Assembly: GCA_043228905.1 (NCBI GenBank)
Contig: JBHGNT010000003.1
Location: 1,798,001-1,862,000, forward strand
Direction: 5' to 3'
From: Azolla caroliniana
Lineage: Eukaryota > Plantae > Polypodiophyta
Length of the DNA stretch: 64,000 nt
Position numbers and translations under genes: made by a program. Below are positions 37,354 to 50,323 of the stretch, in pieces. The notes beneath the pieces were generated by a model that did no database searches, was not told the DNA's origin, and saw nothing but the letters and a program-made list of their open reading frames with translations. How positions within the stretch are numbered: position 1 is the first letter of the stretch; every line of letters starts with the position of its first letter.

Positions 37354-40300
37354 TGAATGTTTTTTTAGTTATGAAATTTAAGGAGAAAAGGACCATTGAA
37401 AAGGTAATAACTTATGAGAATATTATGATGTCTGATGTAAATAAAATGATCACCTACCAATACATCAATGGGCCTGCCATTGATGATCTTGTCATTTCTC
37501 ATCTTTTTTGGAGTAAGAAGATAGGGGTGCACACACATATATTTGTTGGGATTAAAAGGCCATCGTGCCTTTTATTAGTGCACGAGTGTGAACGCACTCG
37601 TAGCACACTTTTGACTTGTATATACATAATATCTAAAAACCAAAAAAGAGGTACACTCTTTGTACCCAAGACAACGTGCATCTCTCTCTCTCTCTCCCTT
37701 TATCTCTCACTCAGACTCTCTCCCTCTTTGTTTTTGACCAAAAACCCTAATCCTCGTGTTGCCCTTCAAATTGGTATAAGAGCAGCGTTTAGGGTTTTCT
37801 ACAGAGTAGAGTTTAGGTTTTTTTGCAGAGCAAGTCATGTTTTTTGCGGAGCAGGTTTGGTCCTCCGTTTGGGCTAAGAAATATGACTAGCAACAGTGAC
37901 AATAGCCACCTTATGCACATCAAGAAGCTTGAGGGTGCACATAACTTTGCGGTTTGGAAAAAGTAGTGCTACAACATCCTGTTGCAGAAGAAGCATGCAA
38001 AGCCTATTAAAGTCAAAGGGGTAAAGCCTACAGATATGGACCAAGATGATTGGCAAGAGTTGAACGAGCTTGCACGCTCTACTATTGAGTTGTCGATTTT
38101 TGATGCGTCGCTGTTTAATATTGAAGGTTTGGACTGTGCCTATTCTATATGGACTAGACTAGAGGAATTGTATGTGTAGAAGACGGCAACTAACAAAGTT
38201 TATTGGCTTAAGAAACTTATGGATTTGTGCATGACAAGGGTACACCCATGTCAACTCACCTAAGTGAGTTCAATTCCATTTTCAGCCAGTTGGTTGCCTT
38301 GAAATTCATCGTTAATGATGAGTTTAAGGGCACGTTTTTACTTTGCACCTTGCCAGAAAGTTGGGATACTTTCAGCACTGCTATGAGCAATTCAAATGCA
38401 ATGCTTTTTTATGACAATGTAGAGAGTTCTCTACTCATGGAAGAGATGAGTCAGCAAAACAATGCATCCAATAAGTCCTCTAGTGCGTTGCATATGAGGG
38501 GTAGGTCACAATAGAGGCAAATCTGATAGTTATGGCCGTAGTAAATCACGTGGTAAAGATGTAGAATGTCATCACTGTGGCAAAAAGGGTCACTTTAAAC
38601 GTGATTGTTTCAAATGAAGAAAGAGAAAGGAAAGGGCAAGAAGATAGATAATTTCATAGAAAAAAAGAGAGACATTCAACTGAGGAAAGGCAATACTAAA
38701 ATTGAAGAGGTGAATGTAGTCACTCATGATAGTGATAGTGGAAATGATGTACTCTTTATTTCATCATGCCATAGAGAACATGCTTTACTTGCAGATACGG
38801 ATGGTGACATGCACACTTGGATACTCGATTCCGGTGCTTCTTTTCACGTCACCCCGCATCGTGAGTGGTTTTCAGATTACACAGGGGATCGACATGGTGT
38901 TGTCCATCTTGGGGACAACTATGCATGTGAAATTGCAGGTATTGGCACTGTGCAATTACAGTTTCAGCATGGTTTTGCTTTCACACTTCAGCATGTATGG
39001 CATGTACTTCAGCTCAAGAAGACCTTGATTAGCACAGGTCAGCTAGATGATGATGGATTTCACACAACCTTTGGTGATGGGAAATGGAAGATTTGTAAGG
39101 GATCTAGAGTTATTGCCAAGGGTAGTAAAAGTGATACTTTGTACCCTCTCCATGTATCTAGTGTGAGTGACCATGTTGTTGCCATAACCGAGCAGCCTAG
39201 TGTTTCTTTGTGGCATGGCCGGTTGGGACACATGAGTGGAACTGGTATGAAAGTATTGTCTCGTTTGGGTTACTTGCCATGTCTTCGTTATGCTGATTTT
39301 GAACATTGTGATCATTGCATTTGTGGTAAACATGTACAAACATCTCATAAAAAGTCTCTTTCGCTGAAGTCGTCCCCGCTTGAGTTAGTATATTTAGATG
39401 TATGTCAGATGCCAGGGCTATCATTAGGGGGAAAGAAATACTTAGTCACTTTTGTTGATGATGCTACATGGAAGGCTATGGGTTTACCCTATATGTAGCA
39501 AGGATGAAGTGCTCGACATTGAGAATCAATTTGATAAGACACTTAAGTGTCTTCGCTTTGACAATGGTGGGGAATATGTGTCCAAGGCCTTTCAAGCATT
39601 TTGTGACAGCAAAGGGATAAAGAGGGAACTCACTGCCCCTTATAATCCACCCCAAAATGGAGTTGCAGAGCGAATGAATCGGACTATTCAAGATAAGGTC
39701 CGTACTATGCTGTCTCATGCTGCGTTACCCCATGGTTTTTGGGCAGAGGCTGTTATGACAGTTGTTCACTTGATTAATCGGTCACCTAACAGGTCTTTGG
39801 GAGGGGGAATACCCGAAGAAGCGTGGTCGGGCAAGCCACCTTCATATGCTCACTTTAGAGTGTTTGGCTGTGAGGGTTTTGTGCACATTCGTAAGAAGAA
39901 CGCAACAAACTTGAGCCAAAGTCCTGCAAAAGATGTATACAGGATAATACCTATAAAAGATAAATAATAAACTTCAGTTTCATGGAAGGAAAGTTTTGGA
40001 AAAGGACAACCTAATTCTCAAATAACATAAAATAATGATGGGTGAAATATATGATGAACTTAGCTATTATATCACAAGGGCATTATTTTAGGCACTGACC
40101 AAATGCCGTTGAGACAATGGAGATGATGAGAGCTTATACATTCTAAGCAACTTAAACTCTTCAATTCAATTATTTCAAGAGCAAATTAAACTCTTCTATA
40201 TTTTCAGTGTGACCATTGTCAAATGTGCTTTTATTGAATTGAAATGTGAACAATGAAATATCTGAATTGTAATTGTATTTAGAATTGTTACTGTTTGGAT

Positions 40301-43300
40301 ATTCTATAATTATAAGTCCCAAGTCCTAACGACTTCAACTGCAACTTGTAACTACTTGTAAGTTGCAAATACTTGCAGGTTGTTGCAATAGGAGAGTGTG
40401 GACTTGATTATGACCGTCTTCAATTTTGCCCAGCTGATGTTCAACAAAGGTCTTGCTAATAATTTTGCCATATTTCTTTCTCTGTTTGTGTAGATACAAC
40501 TGTAGGAACAGACAGGGGATACTTCGCTTGGTAGAAACTGTAAACCCTGAGTGCCTGCATTGTTGTGAATCAGTTTTCGTTAATACTTAAATGATAACGT
40601 CATCTCAATTTGATGTTCATGAATATTCAATGGTGCATGAATATCAAATGACCAATTATCGTTATCTCTTACATGACAACGCATCACTAGAAGATGCATC
40701 AGTACTATCATGATCAGACTAACTACAACTTTAGAATTGAGTTCAAACATCCAAGTTCTGAGTAATACTGGACATGGAAAAAATGCACAAGGTCATCTTA
40801 ACAAAAATAAATGTATAAAGGTTGTAGAAAATGGCCATTTGCCTTACAAAAAAATAAATGCTGAATAAATACAAGGCTGCAGGTGAAATGTTTTCTAGCC
40901 AATGTAATGGGCTGCATGCTTTTGTTTTGGGTCTCCTGTATCTGGCTGAGGTACAGGCAATATTGAAAGAGTTTTTGTTTAGAGTCAGTAATCAGTTTGT
41001 TCTTTTAAACTCTTCTTCTTTCCATGATATGAAAATCATGGGAATTCAGATGAGACTGGTCTGAGTACAGATAGTGTAGAAAATAAGTTGTAAAGGCCGA
41101 GACATCTTGCATAGGAGCCATCTGAAATGCAATGTGGTAGGTTTAGAGAAGAAACACTATTGATTTCTGATGTGGTATGTTTGTTGCTTCACTCTTCCAA
41201 TCAGTTCAAACCTCTACTGACAAGAATAGAATCTTGGTGTCGTTTCATTGCTAGGTTTCTATGTTAGTCGTGATTGTCTAGACATGCCAAGGGTATGCTC
41301 CCAAATTTACAAATCCCAGGGTCCAATTACGTGATTCCACAAAAACATCGATTGTCAAAAGGGAAATTCCTGCCCTAATATTGTTGCAATGAGTTCATTT
41401 TTATCTGATATGAATACATTTTACCTTTCGTTTTCTGACACGGTGTAAAGTGAGAAGCATGAGTGCATGAAAATGTTGTAAATTTTGTGGTCTCTTCTTG
41501 GATCTCCTTTTGTGGTTACTGGATGCAGTAGTTTTTCCATGGGCATCCATACATACTAGGAAAACAGTTCCGAATATAGGTCATTACCTTTTTCATGGCA
41601 AGGTAGATAAATAAAATCATTGCATGTGCTTCTCTATCTTGAGGAACACTGTTTGTAGATCCAGTATCATATTCATAATTTATAGATATCCATAATGCAA
41701 GCTTAATTTTCTCACAAAAACTTGAAAGACACATGTAATGCCCATGGCAAATAAGAAGTATTTACATTAGGCAGAAGCAATTGGCTGATAATAATCAATC
41801 GTTCATGGTCATTGTGCTCCTAGTTCCAGCATAAAAACACTTTAAATATGCATACTGAAGTGTTGTATGTAGGATATGCTTCCAACATAAGTTCGTGAAT
41901 AAGAACCATATGTATCTAGGATGAGAGAATAACCAGCTATGTTAACAAGAGTAGACTGTGGCCAGGTTCTCCCATTAAATGGTCTCTGGATGCTAGAATC
42001 ACTAGCAGGAAAGTTGAGTAATGACCTTGGAGGATGAAGACATATGTTAGAATGTAGGCATTGCTCTAGTTCTTTTTATGAGCTAGGTGTGCATATATCA
42101 AGTTAATTGAAGCAAAAGCAGTATCTTTTAAGCGTGATAAAATGAAAAGCACTGGTTTTGCCATAGTGTCTATTATTCATATATACTTAATCCTTGTAGC
42201 TACAGTTTGTTAAACTTTTTATTTGACATCTGATAGTAGTATGTCCTGGATTTTTGCAGATGATAATATATTAATTTAAATTATATATTTTGTCATAATT
42301 ATATCTGATGTACAAGAGTGCATGGAATGCTGGTTAACCAAACTTGGCATTTGTTCGTGGAATCTGAGAAGTTGCCAACGTCAATTATTTAGAGCTCATT
42401 TCTGCCAAATCACCATTCCTACCCATGGGAAAAGCCCTGTCTCAAAAAACAGTTCGGCTTTTATTGTCACTTGAATCTGGAACACATAATTGTGTAACCG
42501 TGCATGAAAAGAAAATGCCAGTTGGAAATGGAAAATATATTATGGTGTGAAGAAATAAATTCTTATTGCAAAATGAGTGTGGAAAGAGATTTCATGCTTG
42601 TGATTTGCATTTCTTCAACCTTGGCAGGTATTTCGAGAAACAATTTCTTCTTTCTGAAACTCTAAAGCTTCCAATGTTCCTTCACATGCGTGAAGCTACA
42701 AGAGATTTCTGTGATATTCTGGAACGTAATAAGCACAGGTGAACCATGATATATGATTTTTGAACAGTTGAACACTTAAATTTTGTAGATTCAATTTACT
42801 CTTAACTTCTGGAGGTTTTCGTAGATTCAATTTACTCTTAAATTTTCACCTTGTCAGATTTCTTGCTGGGGTTGCACATTCATTTACAGGAACAGAGGAG
42901 TGCAGGAAACAACTCCTTGCCGTAAAAAATCTTTATATTGGTGAGTTTACTCAGAGATTTATTAGTTTGTGGTTATGGATCAGATCGTGAATTTATCTTC
43001 ACAGGTATTAACGGGTGCTCGCTGAAGACGATTGAAAACCTTCAAGTCATGTCAAAGATACCAATTGAGAGGATGATGGTGGAGACAGACTCACCATATT
43101 GTGAAATCAGGCCAACTCATGCTGGTTTCAAATACATTACAACCACATGGCCTTCGAAGAAAAAGGAAAAACACGATGAAAATGGTATTGTCAAGGGTCG
43201 CAATGAACCGTGTTCTACAAGGTATGTCGGTTTTGTTTTTCTTCAAAGTCATGTAATGCAAGAATTTCAGTCTTTATATCTTGTGTGGTAAGGCAAGTGC

Positions 43301-43554
43301 TCGAGGTAGTAGCAGCATATCGAAATATTGTTGATGTTGGTGGGTTTGCAAGAACTCTATATGAAAATACATGCAGGTAGTTTCTACTGCTCAAATAAAC
43401 AATTGCATAACCTGCGTCTTCTTCGTTTTCGTTACAAGAGTTATGTTTTATTTTATGCAGAGTTTTCTTTCCGAATGATTTAGATACCATAGCAGGGGTT
43501 GTTTTAGAGGATCAGCATTCAAAGGTTCCTGAATCAGACAGTATTCCAAAATGA
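30274..43554 (+). CDS. TATD: TatD-family metal-dependent nuclease (TATDN1-like, 328 aa, 12 exons)
   Basis: Exons 30274-30295, 30432-30452, 30709-30809, 31362-31419, 31795-31838, 31926-32006, 40379-40449, 42628-42738, 42858-42940, 43005-43221, 43293-43376, 43461-43554 total 987 nt, all GT-AG. Motifs [49 protein letters not shown]. Confidence 0.95.
32790..33690. repeat. Tandem array, ~199-bp unit x ~4.5, in TatD intron 6
   Basis: gatatctcttagcactcca..ccctatgtacatgtg recurs at ~32808, 33008, 33207, 33406 and 33603. Confidence 0.9.
33740..34850 (+). mobile_element. Degraded Ty3/Gypsy remnant (RNase H region)
   Basis: 34561-34665 reads [25 protein letters not shown] with a frameshift, matching the Ty3 RNase H end motif ARW..L.EF.F.I.HRPG..N.VAD.LSR. 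Boundaries are approximate. Confidence 0.6.
34890..35602 (+). mobile_element. Ty1/Copia 3' remnant: pol end, PPT and 3' LTR (35000-35602)
   Basis: PPT aagggggaga precedes tgttggg at 35000. The LTR contains a TATA-like tataaat and ends ..ctaaca at 35602. Upstream frame ..ELCSETLGL..* resembles a Copia pol end. Confidence 0.7.
35937..36746. repeat. ~810-bp imperfect inverted repeat (foldback)
   Basis: ctcacaagtaccctttgtgcaccaccaa pairs with ttggtggtgcacaaagggtacttgtgag, agaggtggttaagatctt pairs with aagatctcaaccacctct, and gccacaatg pairs with cattgtggc near the centre (~36330). Confidence 0.88.
37238..37303 (-). mobile_element. 3'-tail-only copy of the RTE/RTEX-like LINE, next to (GA)n
   Basis: (gaaa)n gatatattaacgtcttttaagaggccaaaatggcctataagac matches 61991-62050. 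Confidence 0.72.
37544..39930 (+). mobile_element. 3'-truncated Ty1/Copia element in TatD intron 6 (5' LTR, PBS, gag, PR, INT)
   Basis: LTR tgttggg(37544)..ttca(37768), tRNA-iMet PBS tggtataagagc, gag, zinc knuckle [14 protein letters not shown], protease [16 protein letters not shown], integrase [17 protein letters not shown]. Contains stops and frameshifts, and no RT. Confidence 0.93.
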
Positions 43555-43770
43555 TCAATCCTAAACTCAATTCATAGACCAAGCTTTCCTCTATTCTTAA
43601 CATTATGTTTTTGGTAAGGAGTAGATGAGGATACGTTAAATAGACAAATTGAGTTGAACCCAAAAAAAAAGATCCTTATTTCAAAGCCAACATTTTTGGT
43701 ATTTATGATCAACTTTGTGTTCTTTATTCAATTCCGACTTCTGCATTATGGTTAAACGTGCTACAATTAA

Positions 43771-44100
43771 TGTTGGTGGGTGGGGAGTTGGAGCCAAGAT
43801 CGACTCCATCCCCCTTGGGGTTCGAGTGAGAGGGGAGAGGGAGAGACACAGAGAGAGAATGAGAGAGGGAATTGAGACAGACACGAGTTGAGGGTAACTT
43901 CACTATATTTCTCTCCTTCTTTCATGCACCATGGGTGGGGTTTAAATAGTACAAGATTTGATCAAGTTATTACAAAAAGCCAAATGGGGGTAGTTACACC
44001 TATTTATCCCACCTACTATTTACACATTAACATCTCATATTACACATTACACACCTTACACATGGCACACTTAACCTTCTTGACACCTATGGGGGTAACA
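43771..44100. mobile_element. LTR-like segment just downstream of TatD
   Basis: Termini tgttgg..taaca. The first ~100 bp resemble 45120-45192 (gggtgggg..tggagc.aagat..ggggttcgagtg.gagg). No TSD. Confidence 0.45.
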
Positions 44101-45195
44101 CCTGGCACGCTGTCGCGAAAATGCTCGCGTGCATGTGCTACTTGAGCGGGACCATCGGGGTCTTGGATTGAGGAGGATGTTCGTGAAGTTAAAAGATGAT
44201 GATGTGGATGTTCGAGTTGAGGAAGACAATGTCACACTTGAAAAGATTAAGAAAATTGATACACTTGAGAGAAGATGATTAGAAGAAGATAAATGAGAGT
44301 AGTATATTATGATAGTGGTGATGGTGATATCACATATAGAGCCCTCCTTACACAAGCTCAACTAGAGGCTTTTATAGGTCTCTCCATGCTTGTGACATGC
44401 ACAAAACCATGGGCTAAAACCGTGGTTTTTTGCACATGGTTTTGCTTATGACATGCACAAAACCGTGGTTTTTCTAGGTCTTTCTTGTTGTATTTCTCAG
44501 GCCATTGACCTCTCTGCCAATTGCCATTCCATCAGCGGTTGACACTGTGTATTCACGATTGTCTTTCCGCCGCGTCTTTGTCGGTGTCTTCTGCCGAATG
44601 TAGGACCAACTGTCGAGCCAGCTTCGTGTGGTTGTCTTTATCTGTTGTTTGACAATCAAGTGTCTATATCCGTGGTCGTGGCCGTCCACCAATTGCCGGA
44701 CCGTTTGTTTGGTCGGCCCGACCTGTTGGTCATTCCCGTCTCTGTTTTCAACCATCGTCGTCCTACGGCGAGCACTATTTGTTGGCTGTTCGGCCGATTG
44801 TCTGACTTTGTCTAACTCCTATCTTTGTCGGCCTTTTTCATTTGCGGATTGCCTCTCCACATGTTCTTGGTCGTTGCTCGGTTCTCGGTCGATTGTCCTC
44901 AGTCGATGCTCGACTGTCGCTCGACCAGTTGTCGAACGAATGCTTAGCCGCTATTGATAGGCGAGCGGCTATATTTGGGGCCGTCTCATTTCGGGTCGGC
45001 TATCGAACATCGGCTCGGTAGGTTGTCGGATGTCAGTTCGACAGGATGTCTCGGTCCTCTAGCTTGCAACCGACTAGATAGACGTATGCAATATCAACCG
45101 TAGGGCGTCCAAAGTTGTGTTGTTGGGTGGGGGGTGGAGCTAAGATTGGCGTGCCAAGGGGGTTCGAGTGTGAGAGGAGAGTGAGAGAGACTTTT

Positions 45196-47871
45196 TGTCG
45201 AACCCATTTGCAAGGTAGCGGCTTTCTTCCAACTGGTAGTTCGACCAGCTCCCATGTTTGATTGTGGTGAATCGAGTCCATTTCGGATTTCATGGCTTCT
45301 AGCCATATTTCGGCGTCTGGTGCGGCCATAACTTCTTCATATGTGCTTGGTTTGCTTGCATCAGTGTAGTTGACGTAGTCGAGGCTCGGTTCGTAGAACT
45401 CTATTTGCCTTCGAGCTCGTTTAGATCTCCTGGGTGCCGAGTTAAGAGGTTCGGAGTCTTCAATCGGTTCGGTAGGTCGATCGGTACTTGTTGAACCGTT
45501 TGTGTCAGGGGTTTGGTTAGGTGACCTGCCCCCATGCCAGGATTTCGGTGGTGTCACATTGTTCTCCCTTGTGGACTTTGTCGACTCGGTTCTGTTTCCT
45601 ACGCATCTTGTTGACTTTGCCGGCTTCAACTCTTGTTGAATCGGCTCTGTCTTTGATGGCTTTGTCTTCCAGTTCGACTAGTGGAGTTTCTACCGATCTA
45701 GACTCGATAGATATGTTGTCAGCTTGGTTTTTTGCCAGACCATAGTGCTTGGGGCACTTCGAGCCTGATTGCTCTTGATGGCGCCAAATTTATCAGGTAT
45801 ATTGCTATTTGCAATGCCTCGGCTTAGAATTCCAGCTTTAGTCCGGCTTGCTGGAGCATAGCCATTACCCTCTCCTAGATCGTTCTATTGATCCGTTTTG
45901 CCACTCCATTTTGCATGAGTGTGTAGGGAACGGTCTTTTGGTGTCAGATCCCTTTGTCGGTCAGGTACTGTTTGAAGGCTTTGGAGGTTTACTCGCCTCC
46001 GTTGTTGGATCAGAGTGTCTTCACTCTGTATCCCGACCGGTTCTCCACTTCAGATGTCCATCGAGTGAAGACCTCTTTGAAGCGCTTCGTCTTTGGACTT
46101 GATGGAGTATGCCCAAACTTTCCTCGTACAGTCATCTACAAATGTGATGAAGTATCGGGAGCTTCCTAGTGATCGCTCTGGCATGGGCCCACATATGTCT
46201 GTGTGCACGAGCTCTAGGGGCTATCGTACTATCTCGTAGCTGAGAGAGTGCGAACTTCGGGTCTGTTTCTCATATCGACAGTGCTCACAGAAGTCCTTCA
46301 TTGCTTGGAGTTTCGGGATGTAGCCTACCTACATCAGCTGATCAAGTCCAGCTTGAGACATATGGCCGAGTCGGTCGTGCCATAGGTATGGGTCGATCTT
46401 TTCGGCTACGTTCACGACCCCTTCTAGATTGATCACCATTAGTGGGTACAGGTTATTGTACTTGTGTCCACACCCAATTCTGAGATTTCCTAAGCTTATC
46501 ATCCATATCGACTCAAGAGTCGTTTGGTACCCGTCTTCGACTAGCATGCTGATGGAGACCATACTTCTTTTGAGATCGGGTACGTGCCTGACTTGGTGCC
46601 GGGTGATCATGTTGTCATTGGGCAATTGGATGGGTACCTTTCCAGTCCTTGGGATTTTGCACTCCTGCAGCTCGGATCGGCGACCATTCTCTTTCCTCTT
46701 GATTGACCAGTAGTCGGAAACAGTGTGGCCAACTTTTCTGCAGTGTGTCCAAAATTCGCTTGATTGGCCCATTTTCAACTTCGACCATTGTCGGTCTCCC
46801 CTCTTTTTTGATCGGTTGCTATTCCGACCGGTTCTGTCAGTTTGTTCTCTCGTACGACTTTGTCGGTCGAATGACTAAGTCGAGTGATGGGCTTTTGCCG
46901 ATTCATCGATGGTAATTCCCATCGATTTTCGCCGAATGTCCTTGATGAGGACTTGGCCGATTGTCTCATCCAGATTTAGGATCGGTCAACTATTGGTGTA
47001 TGTCGTGCAGAATACCTCCCAACTTGCCGACAAGCTTAATAAGAGGGCATTGAGGGCTTTCACTTCTTCTTCGAAGTTGATCCCTTGTGAGGAGAGTTTT
47101 GACAACACCCGGTTGAAGGTGTTGATGTGGGAGGTAGTCAGATCGGTTTCTCTCATCTTTATGTTGAAAAGTTGTTTGATTAAAATCAGTTTCAAAGATG
47201 AGGACTTCTTCTCGTACACGTCTTGTAACTTTTCGCATAGTGAGAATGTTGTCTCTTTTGCCGTGTTGAAGTAGACGTTTTCGGCCAAATGCATTCGGAT
47301 GGTGGATCGTGCAATTTCATCCATCGATTTCCACTCTTCGGCTGTCATTGAAGCAGGTTTTTCGATGTGTCGAATAAGTTCAACTTATCTTCTGATGATC
47401 AGAACATCTTACATCATCTCCTTCCAAAATGCAAAATTTTTGCCATCGAACTTTCTATTTCAACTCCTGTTCCGAATGTTGAAGCCATATTCTTCTATGA
47501 AAACTAAGATTTTTACTAACCTCGTTTTTTTCTTTTGAGCTTCTTCTGTTGTTTGTTGCCGCCGAACAGCAAGGTCACTCTGATACCAGTTGTGAGAGGA
47601 TGGTATGTGTGTGCGTATGCAGAAGCAAATGAGAACCTGTTTGCGTACTCGGAAAACAACACAGAAGAGGAGGAAGGTAGAGACGTACACAGAAACGAGC
47701 TTTAATGGAAAGCTTTTTACTTTGTCTCTCTCTCTCACTCCAAGACTTGATACAATGTGGATCATACCTTTACAACGTTAGGTTATTGCTTATATACTAA
47801 GCCCTAACTACGTGGACGAGTTCACACTCGGATGGATACAAGTTGGAAGGAGTCGGCCTTTTATGCCAACA
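45196..47871 (-). mobile_element. Degenerate Ty1/Copia element (5' LTR 47871-47591, PBS, gag, INT, start of RT)
   Basis: LTR tgttggcataaaagg..ctcaca, PBS tggtatcagag (47588-47578), gag ARSTIRMHLAENV, LWHDRLGHMS, integrase region, and the RT start WLEAMKSEMDSIHHNQTWELVELPVGRKPLPCKWV, where it is cut off. Confidence 0.92.
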
Positions 47872-48642
47872 GGTATAACTGGTGATTGACATGTCCCTTT
47901 GTCGCATGTTATTCAGCTCTTGTCGGAGTTGGAGCTTTCGTGCAGCCGTATTAGCCACAAAAATCTTCTTGAGATTGCCCCAAGCTTCTTTCGACGTTTT
48001 CGCCTCTCGAATATAGTCGAGCATGTGATCATGGACGCATGATGCAAGACAATAAAACACACGGCTTGTGGCCTGCTCCCAGGCTGGGTAGTCGGCGTGT
48101 GTTGGGTTGGGTTGCGTTTCGTGAGCTCCCTCAATATAGCTCAAGTAACCTTGTGTGACAAGGTATTGATGCATCTTGTACTCCCAAGATGTGAGGTTTG
48201 TTCTATCGAGCTTCTTTGTGGGAAGAGCGCTTCCCATTTGAGTGTTCATGATGTCGATTTCTTCTTTGTTGCTTAAACCAGTTCTGTTGATCGTCGGTGT
48301 GTAGCACAACACAATTGAATAAGCTCAATCAGAAAACCACACGCTTTGGTACTATGTAAAGGAGAGGTATAGGTGGTACTGTGCAACAGAAGTGAGCTTT
48401 GTGTGTGTGTGGGTGCACGTAAGGCAAACAAAGAGAGAGAGAGAGAGAGAGCTTAGAACAAGAAGTTGTATTACAGAAAAATAAGATTACATCCAATAGT
48501 AACTAAGTTGCACAAAGTTAGTTTAAATACCAACTAGTCTAGGGTGAGTGCCCTTTCTACTGATTATAAAACTAGCCTAGTATGATGTCCATTAGCATGT
48601 GTGAACACTATCTCATTGGGAAGTTGAGTTCGATTCTCAACA
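47872..48642 (-). mobile_element. Older Ty1/Copia 5' fragment (LTR, degenerate PBS, gag) interrupted by the element above
   Basis: gag KLDRTNLTSWEYKM..AKTSKEAWGNLKKIF..LRQELNNMRQRDMSITSY ends at the younger LTR. PBS-like tagtaccaaagc at ~48343-48354 and probable LTR at 48355-48642. Confidence 0.8.
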
Positions 48643-48669
48643 AGAAGCAATAAGATAACATGTTGCATC

Positions 48670-49170
48670 AATTTGGGGCATTGAATCCTTCTTCTCTTAC
48701 AACCTTATTCACCACTTCTTCTAATTTATCAATACATAAGCCAAAGTGTGTGACTGATAATGGACATCCTTACTTGAACCCCATGTTCCTTAAAAAGCGC
48801 TTTGAGAATCCACTATCCATTTTTAGTTGGCATTTAACTTGTTCATATAGACGTGTAATCGTAACTCGGTACTCTAATGGCATATTAATCTCTACTATTC
48901 TATTCTAAAGCTCACTTCGTGGTACAATATCAAAAGCTTTCTTAAAATCAATAAAACAACAATAAAGTGTGTTTCCTTGTAATTGACTCTCTTCTATGAT
49001 TACTCTCAATGTGACCAAATGATCCACAATGGAGTGTTTGGTCTAAATCCTGCTTGGCCAAGTGCTCTTTTGCTTGTATTTTCAGCCCATGTGCTTATCT
49101 TTTGCTCCATAATAGTGCTATATAATGTAGCAATAGTTGAGCTCACCATTATTGTACCGTGATTATTTGA
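48670..49170 (-). mobile_element. Degenerate LINE reverse-transcriptase fragment (RTE/RTEX-like)
   Basis: Broken frames GQAGFRP..DHLVTLRVIIEE..YCCFIDFKKAFDIVPR..MGFK*GCPLSVTHFGLCIDKLEEVV. Confidence 0.8.
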
Positions 49171-50059
49171 TAATGTACAATAGTTAAGCTAAATAATGGG
49201 CAATGAAGATGGTTAGACTTGTTAAATGAGTATGATTACAAGTGAAATTTCTTAGGGGAACGAGAATAAAGTGGTCTATGCATAAAGTAAACAACCCATA
49301 ACATGTGCATTCTATCTAAGTTCTAACCATAGTGCAAATGGAGAAAAAATTTATGCAAATGTGTCTAACCACTAACATGCTCATTTGTTTGATACATTTG
49401 AAGGAATAAAATCACGGTACAAGAGTATTTCATATTATTTTGGTTGATTTTGTGGGCCATTATCTTTGTAAGGGAGAATTATTTATGAAGTGTATGTAGC
49501 AATCCTTTGTGAAACCATTTTGGGATCAACGAGATCCATAAACTTAGAATATTTGAAAACGTGTGGGATCTATGATAAAGTCAATGTTAAGTGGGAATTG
49601 ATTTCCACGGATTTGATTAGAAAAGTGACTCCCTTCTAATTATGATCGCAAAGTTCGTTAAGGGGTTTGTTACATCCTTTTAAATTGATATCATCCTTTG
49701 TTATAGTAAAATTTATTACGAATTTTATTTTGTTTTTTTGGAATAAAATAAAATAAAATAATTTTGTGGTTGTTGAGGTGGGATTTTTTTTGGTGTAGCT
49801 TTAAATATGACTAGATTTTCGAGAACTCATTCAAGCATACTTGTTTTAAAAGCACATTTCCTACACATGTGTTAAGAGTACTCACACGTATTCAAAATGT
49901 TTTCAACATTTTTGAATACTAGTAGGTATTCAAAATGTTTTCAATATATAAAAAAATTGCCATTTTTATATAAAAACAATTTGGACCTTTTTTTTTCCAA
50001 GAAAGATACTACAATAGTATTAAGAGAACGTCATAAGGCTATACATAAAATATGTACAT

Positions 50060-50314
50060 GCGCATCCAACAAGGTTACTGCAAGAGATATGGAGTGAAAT
50101 TGTGGTCACTCTATATGATGGCCTCAAGGGCGGCTCCGATGGAGTTGAAAGACAACGAATAGCCTTCATCCAACAATGGTCGTCCTCTCCCTTTCTTGAG
50201 TCAGTGGGCATCCACATAAGATGGAACTATCTCGTCTCTATAGGGATTTGTACATAATCGTCTCATTTGTAAAATTTTATAACTAATGAAAGGAGTTTTT
50301 TTTGGAAAAAAAAA
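50060..50314 (+). mobile_element. Short 5'-truncated L1-type LINE 3' end
   Basis: Near-copy of 51437-51683 ending in an A-run. Flanked by the TSD-like aaaa(t/g)atgtacat. Confidence 0.7.
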
Positions 50315-50323
50315 GATGTACAT

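Noticed and set aside
35000-39930. LTRs at 35000 and 37544 as one element
   Set aside because: They differ in length and sequence, and the order (3' LTR before 5' LTR) is wrong.
24569-43554. PDV2-TatD divergent pair as a functional module
   Set aside because: The starts are 3 kb apart with repeats between them, and nothing in the sequence links their functions.
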